Source of the DNA: a virus
Lineage: Duplodnaviria > Heunggongvirae > Uroviricota > Caudoviricetes
Strand: one strand, 5' to 3'
Length of the DNA: 64,000 nucleotides
IMG/VR virus record: IMGVR_UViG_3300031134_000612
In this document: positions 1 through 7,794 of the stretch, in pieces
Layout: each line of letters starts with the position of its first letter
Position numbering within the stretch: the stretch's first letter is position 1
Notes under the pieces: model-generated
What the model was told of the DNA's origin: nothing
The model's input: only the letters and a program-made list of their open reading frames with translations
Database searches by the model: none
Program-made: the position numbers and the translations under genes

Positions 1-124
1 GTTCATCACCAGCAATTTCAATATGGTCACATTTTTTATGATCTTGAAAAATTTCCTTTTTGCAATTGATATAGTCTCTATTAACAATATCCAGCAACAT
101 GCGTTTATGATTTTTTTCTACCAT
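1..124 (-). CDS. hypothetical protein, N-terminal 41 codons only (gene continues beyond window start)
   Basis: Minus-strand ATG at 124..122 preceded by AAGAGG SD; open frame runs to position 1 (MVEKNHKRMLLDIVNRDYINCKKEIFQDHKKCDHIEIAGDE...). The listed plus-strand ORF 23..277 overlaps it and is likely spurious. Confidence 0.4.
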   Translation of the reverse strand, partial: MVEKNHKRMLLDIVNRDYINCKKEIFQDHKKCDHIEIAGDE

Positions 125-160
125 AGCATTAAACCTCTTAAATTATTGCCTATAATTCTA

Positions 161-451
161 TCAATGAAGACAAACAACACCTTCAATATGGCAATCACAA
201 GTGCAAATGTTAATTTCTTTGCCATCAATAAGCATTTTGTATTCAAAATAGAATACAGGTGGTGGCATTTTCTTTAAAAATTGAAATCGTCCACTTTTCT
301 GGGGTTGGTAAGATTTCTGCACAATAATAATGGGAACGTCATCAACTGCTTTATAACGTTTCCTATATGATTGTTGAAGTTTTTCTTCATCAAGTGTTCT
401 ATCAGGTTTTAAATACTGATCATAACAAAGCCTACAACATGCTGCCACCAT
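161..451 (-). CDS. small Cys-rich protein, paralog 3 of a local triplet (N-terminal M-x-x-ACC, C-terminal C-T-C-D-C-H)
   Basis: ORF 161..553 trimmed to internal Met (MVAACCRL...) so it does not overlap the upstream paralog. It shares the N-terminal ACC and C-terminal ICTCDCHIxG..LH motif with 462..716 and 733..987. Confidence 0.45.
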   Translation of the reverse strand: MVAACCRLCYDQYLKPDRTLDEEKLQQSYRKRYKAVDDVPIIIVQKSYQPQKSGRFQFLKKMPPPVFYFEYKMLIDGKEINICTCDCHIEGVVCLH

Positions 452-461
452 AAAATTCTCC

Positions 462-716
462 TTAATGCATAACATACATGTTGGGATCGTTAATGTGACA
501 ATCACAACTACACAACGTTGTTTCTTGCCCATCATGAACAATATAGAGAACATCCATATCAGGAAGCGGTCGTCTTACTGAGCTAAATGGATGCGGTTCT
601 TTTTTATAGACGAAAGTCGCTGTTTCGCCAAAATGTTTAACGAGAAAAGATTTATTAATGCTCTTATCCATTTCAATGAAACGGACACCAGTGAATTGAC
701 AACATGCCATAACCAT
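462..716 (-). CDS. small Cys-rich protein, paralog 2 (MVMACCQF ... TLCSCDCHINDPNMYVMH)
   Basis: 84-aa ORF with the same N- and C-terminal Cys motifs as its neighbours; tandem and co-oriented. Confidence 0.5.
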   Translation of the reverse strand: MVMACCQFTGVRFIEMDKSINKSFLVKHFGETATFVYKKEPHPFSSVRRPLPDMDVLYIVHDGQETTLCSCDCHINDPNMYVMH

Positions 717-732
717 AATTTGCTTCTCCTAA

Positions 733-987
733 TTAGTGTAAAACATAGATACCATTGCCAGTGATATGACACTCGCAGGTACATAATTTAATTCGTTCAT
801 CACCTTTAATCACATAAGTAACTTGAACATCTCGCAATTTCTTTTCTGGTGTATTATAAGGATTGGGTTCTTTTACTGTTTCAACCGTCGCTTCCTGACC
901 AAAATGTTCCACCACAAAGGTTTCTTTGATGGTTTTATCGCTGTTTATGTATGGAACATGTGTATATTTACAACAGGCATCACTCAT
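733..987 (-). CDS. small Cys-rich protein, paralog 1 (MSDACCKY ... KLCTCECHITGNGIYVLH)
   Basis: ORF 733..1032 trimmed to Met16 (MSDACC) by analogy with the paralogs; the conserved HFG(Q/E)(E/T)AT motif is shared with 462..716. Confidence 0.5.
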   Translation of the reverse strand: MSDACCKYTHVPYINSDKTIKETFVVEHFGQEATVETVKEPNPYNTPEKKLRDVQVTYVIKGDERIKLCTCECHITGNGIYVLH

Positions 988-1328
988 GATTACTTCTCCA
1001 AGCTTTTGTAAAATGGAATCCCCTAGATTCATCTATGGGGAGGAAATTTTATAAGTATCTTGACTTTATCATATTTCATTGATAAAATCAACAGCATGAA
1101 TTATTTATCTTTTTCCTTCAAATCAAATGTTTTTACCTTGGATTATCTAAGGGGCATTTTATCATCTAAAAATATAAAAAAACCAAGAACTCCACCAACT
1201 CCTTCTTTTGTTCATGAATTTCCACTTAAAATCAATAAATATCAAAATAGAAAGGTTTCTATAAAGTTCAACGCTTTGCGTGAACTTTTTAATATGGTTT
1301 AGGTGAAATACTTAAACGTGACCGTAAA

Positions 1329-2750
1329 ATGCGTAAAGATCCTCGTTTTGCAGAGGCTTCAAAGTTAAATAAGCAAGATCTATTAAAGAAAAAAGGTAAA
1401 CCTTTATTCAACTTATTACGAAAAGAATATTTCTTAGAAAAAGGTAATCTCCAATCCTTTGCCACTCAAGCTAAAAATTCAAGTTATATGGCTGATCATT
1501 TGGACGGTGATACCGTCCAAGTCATTAGCGATAGAGCTTATGATGCTTATCTTCAATATAGATTAGGAAAACGAGGTAAACCTCGCTTTAAATCTCGTAA
1601 CAAAGGTTTAAGAAGTATTAGCGGTAAGAAGAATAATTGTATTATGTTTAAAAACGGTAAAGTTAAATGGAAAGATTTGCTTATTGACGTTATTTATGAC
1701 AAAAAAGATAAACATGGTGTTGAGGCTCATGCACTTTCAAAGAAAGTGAAATATTTCCGAATAGTTGGTCGATTAATAAAAGGCGAAATTCGTTATTACC
1801 TTCAACTGGTTGTTGAAGGCATCCCATTAGTGAAACATGAATATCCATCTTTAACCGTTGGAGTGGATATTGGTGTATCTAGTGCAGCAGTGGTGGGCGA
1901 GAACACTGCTACATTACAACCATTTTGTGCAGAACTAGAAGATATACAAAAAGAAATAGCTAAGTTGCAAAGAAAGTCTAGTCGTTCAAATCGTATGAAT
2001 AATCTTCAAAACTTTGAACCTGACTTTTACAAAAAAGGTAAAAAGAAACTTGGTAAAGTAATTAAAGGTAAAAGAGTTTGGATAAATTCTAAAACTTATA
2101 AAAATACCTTAACAGAAATTCAAGAACTTTATCGTATTCAAGCCGATAAAAGAAAAACGTTACACAATGTTTTAGCCAATGAAACTCTTTCATTGGGTAA
2201 GTTTGTAAAAATTGAAAATAATAATTATAAAGCGTGGCAAAAAGGATGGTTTGGTAAAACCATTGGTTTTCGTGCTCCAAGTACATTCGTATCAATCTTA
2301 AAACGCAAGGCTGAGAGTGCTGGCGGGAAAGTTGAACCTATTGATACTTGGACTAGTAAGTTATCGCAATATTGTCATGTGTGCAATGGCTATCATAAGA
2401 AAGCCTTATCAGAACGCACACATACTTGCAGTGAGATAACAGTACAGCGAGATCTGTACTCAGCCTTACTAATAAAGCACTATGATCTTGAAGCAAAAAA
2501 GGTTAATACGACCCAAATACATGAAAATTGGGAAAGTTTAGATACGATCTTAAAAGATGCGGTATTAACTTGTAGGGATAAATTTCGATTAGTTGGTAAA
2601 TTACCAACTAGCTTAGGTATTCAAGAACCTGAGAAGAGAAATTCGCATAAAGAATCTGTGGTGGTTAGCAGTCAGTGTCTGGCTTCAAATGAGTGTGAAA
2701 GCATGAAAAAGAAGCCAGAAGAAACAGCTAACAAAAACAGAACCCCCTAG
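1329..2750 (+). mobile_element. tnpB: IS200/IS605-family TnpB (OrfB) RNA-guided-endonuclease-type transposase accessory protein; no tnpA nearby
   Basis: The 473-aa ORF carries the TnpB signatures: GKPRFKSRNKG, RuvC-I VGVDIGV, the RuvC-II acidic residue in VKIENNNY, a Zn-finger remnant CHVCNGY...HTCSE and RuvC-III RDLYSALLI. The N-terminal roughly 30 aa typical of TnpB appear to be missing. Confidence 0.7.
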
Positions 2751-2756
2751 TTTTAA

Positions 2757-3140
2757 CTATGGGAGTATCAGCTTTTCCTTTAATAGAAATCCAAAACTTA
2801 ACACATATCGTGATCCACCTACCACTTGTGTGACTGAATGTTTTGAAATGTCTGGTCTAAAAAACTTAACTCTTGACCAGTTTATGATACTGCTTTCAGC
2901 TAGAAACTCACCACCTGAACGGGACTTCTTTAAAATGACATTCAAACGGTAATGTCGAAACCCTTCATCCACTTTATCAACATGTTCAGGAATTTTGGAA
3001 CCTTCTGGAAATTTAAGCAGATAAATATCAAAAGGAATAGGCCACATGGATTCGAGTAAAGAAATCTTACTGTATCCAGAGGATTGTCGTCCTGTTTTCC
3101 ATGTAAATCTATCCAAGAATTTCATTTTCAAGGTCACCAT
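2757..3140 (-). CDS. small 2OG-Fe(II) oxygenase (prolyl-4-hydroxylase-like fold)
   Basis: H-x-D motif (PEHVDKVDEG), then R..LNVIL....GGEF, then a second His region (KHSVTQVVGGSRYVLSF), as in P4Hc/2OG-FeII oxygenases. It converges on the tnpB 3' end with a 6-nt gap. Confidence 0.5.
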   Translation of the reverse strand: MVTLKMKFLDRFTWKTGRQSSGYSKISLLESMWPIPFDIYLLKFPEGSKIPEHVDKVDEGFRHYRLNVILKKSRSGGEFLAESSIINWSRVKFFRPDISKHSVTQVVGGSRYVLSFGFLLKEKLILP

Positions 3141-3245
3141 AGCGAGATTCCATTTAAAATTTGTTAAGTATTATACCTTAATTTATAACCTGTTGTCAAT
3201 TAAACTGCAAAATCTAAGAAAAAAGGTGATATAATTTTTAATTTG

Positions 3246-3254
3246 TGGTATAAT
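3246..3254 (+). promoter_or_regulatory. extended -10 promoter element TGGTATAAT (a second TGATATAAT lies at 3228..3236) upstream of 3292
   Basis: TGnTATAAT consensus about 40 nt upstream of the ATG at 3292, with a GAGGA SD in between. Confidence 0.45.
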
Positions 3255-3291
3255 TGCCGCATTGTATTAATTCAAATGTGAGGATTACTGG

Positions 3292-3924
3292 ATGCACACA
3301 CATGAGCAAAAATCTTTTTTTCTTAAACAATTGACGATATTGTCTAAAATTGATGATTTTGAAATTGAAATTATTGAATCATACGCTCAAAAATTAGCTT
3401 TTTTAGATCATACAAATGATTATTTGCTATACAATGTAAAAAACCCACAAATGATTTTGCCAGCCGTATTTAAAAATTATCCTGAATTAAACCTTCATGA
3501 TACGGTTGATAATTTAAATAAACTGATAAACTCTTACTTTAAAGCGATTGGTTTATATTTCGATTTTTGGCATATGACATGGGATGAACAACATAAAGTA
3601 GGCATGAAAAAAGGATTCACCACTGCTACTGATGTTGACTTTTATGCTATAAAATTTGTTGATCATGATGACGATGGAACAACAACCGTCTTTTCAATTA
3701 AACTGTATGTTGAACCAATGCAAGCTTACTATAATGTCACTAATGATTTTAAAATTTCTCATGATGTCTGGACAGAAATAGGCGTTTACTACCAAGACTT
3801 AAATTCAATTATCAAACCTATGTTATCCGCCTATATGGAAAAGCTTTCAAAAACATTAACCTATTCTGTTGATGTAGTAGACGATGGAATTGTTGAAGTC
3901 TTAAACATGTTAAAAATAAATTGA
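3292..3924 (+). CDS. hypothetical protein, member of the C-terminal-Met-tail multigene family (ends VEVLNMLKIN)
   Basis: 210-aa ORF with an SD (GAGGA); its C-terminal tail fits the family pattern. Confidence 0.55.
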   Translation: MHTHEQKSFFLKQLTILSKIDDFEIEIIESYAQKLAFLDHTNDYLLYNVKNPQMILPAVFKNYPELNLHDTVDNLNKLINSYFKAIGLYFDFWHMTWDEQHKVGMKKGFTTATDVDFYAIKFVDHDDDGTTTVFSIKLYVEPMQAYYNVTNDFKISHDVWTEIGVYYQDLNSIIKPMLSAYMEKLSKTLTYSVDVVDDGIVEVLNMLKIN

Positions 3925-3946
3925 TAAAAAATGACTAATGAAAAAA

Positions 3947-3970
3947 GACCGCTAAAAGCGGTTTTTTTTG
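3947..3970 (+). terminator. rho-independent terminator (ACCGC-TAAAA-GCGGT + T8)
   Basis: GC hairpin followed by an 8-T run directly after the 3292..3924 gene. Confidence 0.7.
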
Positions 3971-3999
3971 TTTTAAAAGTTTAAAAATTCAATAAAAAA

Positions 4000-4021
4000 C
4001 CCGCACTAGGCGGGCTTTTTA
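4000..4021 (-). terminator. rho-independent terminator for tyrS (CCCGC-ACTAG-GCGGG, T-run on the minus strand); the tyrS stop codon sits in its loop
   Basis: The hairpin is flanked by A-run/T-run and is bidirectional in form. Confidence 0.65.
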
Positions 4022-5265
4022 ATCAGTCTGAACTCTCGTTTACCTCGTTGGAATACTGCAAACTTTCCAAACTTGAAATCAGTAATTTCAAGAGCATTCA
4101 TTTCTTCTTCACTGGCAATCAACTTATTACCGTTGACTTGAACAGCACCACTCTGGATAAATTCACGGCCTTGTCGTTTAGACTTAGCCAATCCAGTTGC
4201 CACCATCAAATCCAACACGTTCAAATTTTCTGGAACAACCGCTACCATGCCATTTTTTTCAAGACTAACAAAATCATCTTCTTGCAAGCTATCAAAGTTA
4301 TTGTCAAACAATGCTTTAATGTTACGCAATACCGAATCAAGTGCGGCTTGACCATGAACAATAACGGTCAGTTCTTCAGCCAAAATCTGCTGAGCCAGTG
4401 GTTTAGTGCGTTCTTTATCCGCTTCAAGGATAGCGTCAATTTCTTCAATAGACTTAAACGACAGCATTTTGAAGAATTTCGGAATATCCGCGTCAGCCAC
4501 TTTCAACCAAAACTGGAAGAAATCAAAAGGGCTAGTCATATCTGCTGACAACCATACGGCACCACTTTCACTCTTACCAAACTTGGTACCATCTGCTTTA
4601 GTTAACAACGGCATAGTCAACCCTGTTGCTACCACATCATTACCTTCCTTACGGTGAATAAGGTCAATACCCGCCGTAATGTTACCCCACTGATCGCTAC
4701 CACCCAATTGAAGACGGCAGTTTTTCTCTTTCAGCAAGTGATGGAAGTCCATTGACTGCAGGAGCTGGTATGAGAATTCAGTGAATGAAATCCCTTGGTC
4801 ATCACGTTCCAAACGACTACGAACTGAATCTTTGCTCATCATTGAGTTCACCGAAAAATGCTTACCCACATCACGAAGGAAGTCAATAATCGACAAGTTA
4901 ACTGTCCAATCATGGTTATCAACAAGCTCTACATCACCCAGAATGCCTTTGATTTGAGCTGCAATACCTGATTTGAAGCGATTCACCGTAGCTGCATCAT
5001 TCAACGTGCGTTCTTGTGCTTTAAAGCTAGGGTCACCAATCATACCCGTAGCACCACCAATCAATGGGAATACAGTATGGCCTGCTTTCTTAAAGCGAAG
5101 CATGGTAATCAATGGCAACAAGCTACCCACATGCAAAGACTCTGCAGTTGGGTCAAATCCGCAGTATAGCGACAATCCATTATCCATCAGGTCTGAGATT
5201 TTGGCTTCATCGGTCATTTGAGAAATGAGGCCACATTGTTTGAGTTCTTGAATAAAAGCGTTCAT
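4006..5265 (-). CDS. tyrS: tyrosyl-tRNA synthetase (class I), enterobacterial-like; the HIGH motif reads HVGS
   Basis: Strong collinear similarity to E. coli TyrRS (DPTAESLHVGSL, GGATGMIGDPSFKAQER, KMSKS-type KFGKS, C-terminal S4-like domain). The start is placed at the ATG (MNAFIQ) with GGAG 10 nt upstream, not at the upstream in-frame GTG. Confidence 0.93.
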   Translation of the reverse strand: MNAFIQELKQCGLISQMTDEAKISDLMDNGLSLYCGFDPTAESLHVGSLLPLITMLRFKKAGHTVFPLIGGATGMIGDPSFKAQERTLNDAATVNRFKSGIAAQIKGILGDVELVDNHDWTVNLSIIDFLRDVGKHFSVNSMMSKDSVRSRLERDDQGISFTEFSYQLLQSMDFHHLLKEKNCRLQLGGSDQWGNITAGIDLIHRKEGNDVVATGLTMPLLTKADGTKFGKSESGAVWLSADMTSPFDFFQFWLKVADADIPKFFKMLSFKSIEEIDAILEADKERTKPLAQQILAEELTVIVHGQAALDSVLRNIKALFDNNFDSLQEDDFVSLEKNGMVAVVPENLNVLDLMVATGLAKSKRQGREFIQSGAVQVNGNKLIASEEEMNALEITDFKFGKFAVFQRGKREFRLIKKPA

Positions 5266-5494
5266 AATATTTTTCTCCACGAAAATTTAATTGTGTTTTG
5301 TTTTGTAATTGAATTTTAGTTAAAACAGATAATGCCTCACGAGAGACATTGAGTGGAGAAGTTCAATATCGAACAGTGAAGGATTTTTGAAAGTGAAATG
5401 TGTTTGAAGCGTTCATGTTTGTATTCCTTTTAAGGCGTTTCGTTTAATAGGGCTATTCTAACAAAAAACAGAAGAGAAAGCAAGAAAATCTTGC

Positions 5495-6088
5495 TTAACT
5501 TTGAGTAGGTTTCCATTTTTTTGTTTCTTTCAAGACATCTGATCTAAAGATATCATTGTTTCCGATGGTGTAATTGCTCATGATATCCAGATTAAACAGG
5601 TGTTTGTTATTGTTTAATGTCTCGGAGGCCACGATATTGTAAACGGTTTTCTGGTTTACAAACTCATTTTGACTGACCTTGCTTTTATCTATATTCTTTA
5701 AGGTGTCATTAGAGATGTAGTTTCCAATCTCTTTGATAGAAGCTTGGAAGTCTTCTACTGTTTTATTCTTTCTGCCTGACAATACCGATTCAATTTGATT
5801 ATCTGAAAGTGCAAGATTCTCTGTTTTCATAGCAGGCAGGTCATTTTTCCATTCAGTTTCTATTTGTTTAATCTTTGGATAGAGATCTATAAAATCACGT
5901 CTTAAAACGATCACTTGCAAATCATTATAGTAATTTTGAAAATAATTTTTGATGTGTTCACTTTTTGATTGTTGCATAAGCTGATTGATATTGAACACTT
6001 GTCTTAAAACAGATAAATCATCCATTCCTTTGTTATTGAATGTGTTTAATTCTTTATCTTCTATTTTGTTAAGCATAGTCATAACCAT
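5495..6088 (-). CDS. hypothetical protein (197 aa)
   Basis: Long ORF followed by the hairpin GCAAGAAAATCTTGC plus T-run on the minus strand; no recognisable domain. Confidence 0.5.
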   Translation of the reverse strand: MVMTMLNKIEDKELNTFNNKGMDDLSVLRQVFNINQLMQQSKSEHIKNYFQNYYNDLQVIVLRRDFIDLYPKIKQIETEWKNDLPAMKTENLALSDNQIESVLSGRKNKTVEDFQASIKEIGNYISNDTLKNIDKSKVSQNEFVNQKTVYNIVASETLNNNKHLFNLDIMSNYTIGNNDIFRSDVLKETKKWKPTQS

Positions 6089-6125
6089 TGTTTATTTTTA
6101 TATCTTAACATAATTTACAATCAAA

Positions 6126-6146
6126 AAAAAGAGGCCGAAGCCTCTT
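6126..6146 (-). terminator. rho-independent terminator (GAGGC-CGAA-GCCTC, T-run on minus) downstream of the NUDIX gene
   Basis: Tetraloop hairpin with an A8 run on the plus strand, which is a T-run on the minus strand. Confidence 0.65.
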
Positions 6147-6172
6147 GTCGTATAAAGTACAATAGTTGTATA

Positions 6173-6568
6173 TCAGAGAGCAATAGCCAAATCTACCAGT
6201 TTATGGAGGTTATCAACACCACATTGCTCTAACATAGGAATGTCCACGCTGAAAATATCAACTACTTCTTTTTCCATTGTTTTCGCTTGGAAAATAAAAT
6301 CATCAAACGAACAGAACACAAAGACTTTAAAGACATCACTCTCAATATGTCCTAACGATGACCACTGATCCACAAAGGTATCCACACCCGTTTCTTCTTT
6401 AAATTCACGAATCATGGCTTGCATGGCGGTTTCACCTGCTTCAATTTTTCCACCGATACCGTTCAACAAGCCACGCTGCCATTCAGGGCTTAATTTTCGA
6501 ATTAATAATATTTTACGACGATCTGCACTGAGGGCAATACCCAAAACATACTCTTGTTTATTATTCAT
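6173..6568 (-). CDS. NUDIX hydrolase (MutT-like)
   Basis: Nudix box GGKIEAGETAMQAMIREFKEETGV (G-x5-E-x7-REUxEExGU). Confidence 0.85.
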   Translation of the reverse strand: MNNKQEYVLGIALSADRRKILLIRKLSPEWQRGLLNGIGGKIEAGETAMQAMIREFKEETGVDTFVDQWSSLGHIESDVFKVFVFCSFDDFIFQAKTMEKEVVDIFSVDIPMLEQCGVDNLHKLVDLAIAL

Positions 6569-6683
6569 AATGATATCCTTTTAGTTAATTAATCTTTAAG
6601 CATACATCAAAAAAGTAAGATTAAAAGAGTATCTAGAAACATTTAAAGTTAAATATATTATGATACAATAGAAATAGACAACT

Positions 6684-7760
6684 ATGTATTTTAATATGTA
6701 TTTAAAAAAAGATTTTATTCCTGATGATATAAAACAAGAATTTACTGAAAGGTATGATGCTGAGTTTGCTATGGCCTATTACCAAAAGACTAACGAGATT
6801 GAGCCAGTTGAACTTGGAATGGTAACTTGTAATCATAATGGCATAGCGGTTAAGAAAGCCGTTGTTAGACAAAAATACATGTCCGATCTGGACATGCAGA
6901 AGATGGATTACAAGTTTATTGAAATATCAGGATCTAAATCAACACTGATAAATACCCACCTAATAAACCCTAATTATAAATATAAAAAGAACGAATTAAC
7001 TGATATTATTTTTACACCACTTAATCAAGATGAATTTCAAAAAGAATTTGGCCCATTGAATAATGAGAAGATAAAGGAAGCCAGAAGCCTGATGACGCAT
7101 TTTTGTAATCTAAAAGATGAAGGTGTTATTTATTCAAAGGATGGAGAAGCGTTCCAATATAAAATCATTGAAAATAGTGATCTAACATTAAGTTCATACC
7201 TATTGCTGGATGAATTAAGGCTTTATAAAGACAATGTTCAAGTAGGTTATTTAAAAACAAAATACACAAGCGATTTAATCGTTCAGGAATTATTAGGCAA
7301 AGATTACACCATACAAACAGCCAAGAACTTAACGCCAGAACATAAAATGGAGTATTTAAAAGACAATGGTATTGAGCATACTGAGTTAAATCATGATATT
7401 GTATTTAATCTAACCAAAACTCAATTACAAGATAACTATAAAAAAATACAACGAGAACTAGAAGTGTTTAATGACATTGCTACAGTTGACTATTCAAAAA
7501 TGAGTGATCAATATAAAGGCAGAGGATTAGGCACACAAATGTATTTAAAAATAGCTCAACACTATGACAATAAGAATATTATGTTCAGAAGCTCGTCGTT
7601 ACAATCACCGAGTGCAAAAGGATTATGGCAGAGAATAAAGACCGAACATCCCAATCTGATAAAAGAGATCAGTATAGGTGAACAAGATTATTATTCGTTA
7701 AGTCATAAAGAGCCTGCAAACAAATTAAAAACGAAAAGAAAAAACAAGAAAACTCTATGA
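6684..7760 (+). CDS. hypothetical protein (358 aa) with a possible C-terminal GNAT-like acyl-CoA-binding motif
   Basis: YKGRGLGTQMYLKIAQH resembles GNAT motif A (R/Q-x-x-G-x-G/A); the rest is unrecognised. Confidence 0.45.
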   Translation: MYFNMYLKKDFIPDDIKQEFTERYDAEFAMAYYQKTNEIEPVELGMVTCNHNGIAVKKAVVRQKYMSDLDMQKMDYKFIEISGSKSTLINTHLINPNYKYKKNELTDIIFTPLNQDEFQKEFGPLNNEKIKEARSLMTHFCNLKDEGVIYSKDGEAFQYKIIENSDLTLSSYLLLDELRLYKDNVQVGYLKTKYTSDLIVQELLGKDYTIQTAKNLTPEHKMEYLKDNGIEHTELNHDIVFNLTKTQLQDNYKKIQRELEVFNDIATVDYSKMSDQYKGRGLGTQMYLKIAQHYDNKNIMFRSSSLQSPSAKGLWQRIKTEHPNLIKEISIGEQDYYSLSHKEPANKLKTKRKNKKTL

Positions 7761-7794
7761 ATAGAGTTTTTTTTAATTAATAAGTAATTTTTAG

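Noticed and set aside
23-277. 84-aa plus-strand ORF at the window start
   Set aside because: It overlaps, on the opposite strand, the SD-supported N-terminus of the partial gene at 1-124 and the paralog at 161-451, and it has no SD.
1060-1302. 80-aa plus-strand ORF upstream of tnpB as the missing TnpB N-terminus
   Set aside because: It is in a different frame and its sequence does not resemble the conserved TnpB N-terminal strand (KAxKFRLYPT). It probably arises by chance in element-end DNA.
5266-5494. T-box riboswitch or Tyr-codon attenuator in the long tyrS leader
   Set aside because: No AAnnnGGGTGGnACCGCG-type T-box sequence and no Tyr-codon run; only a short mini-ORF that duplicates the tyrS start.
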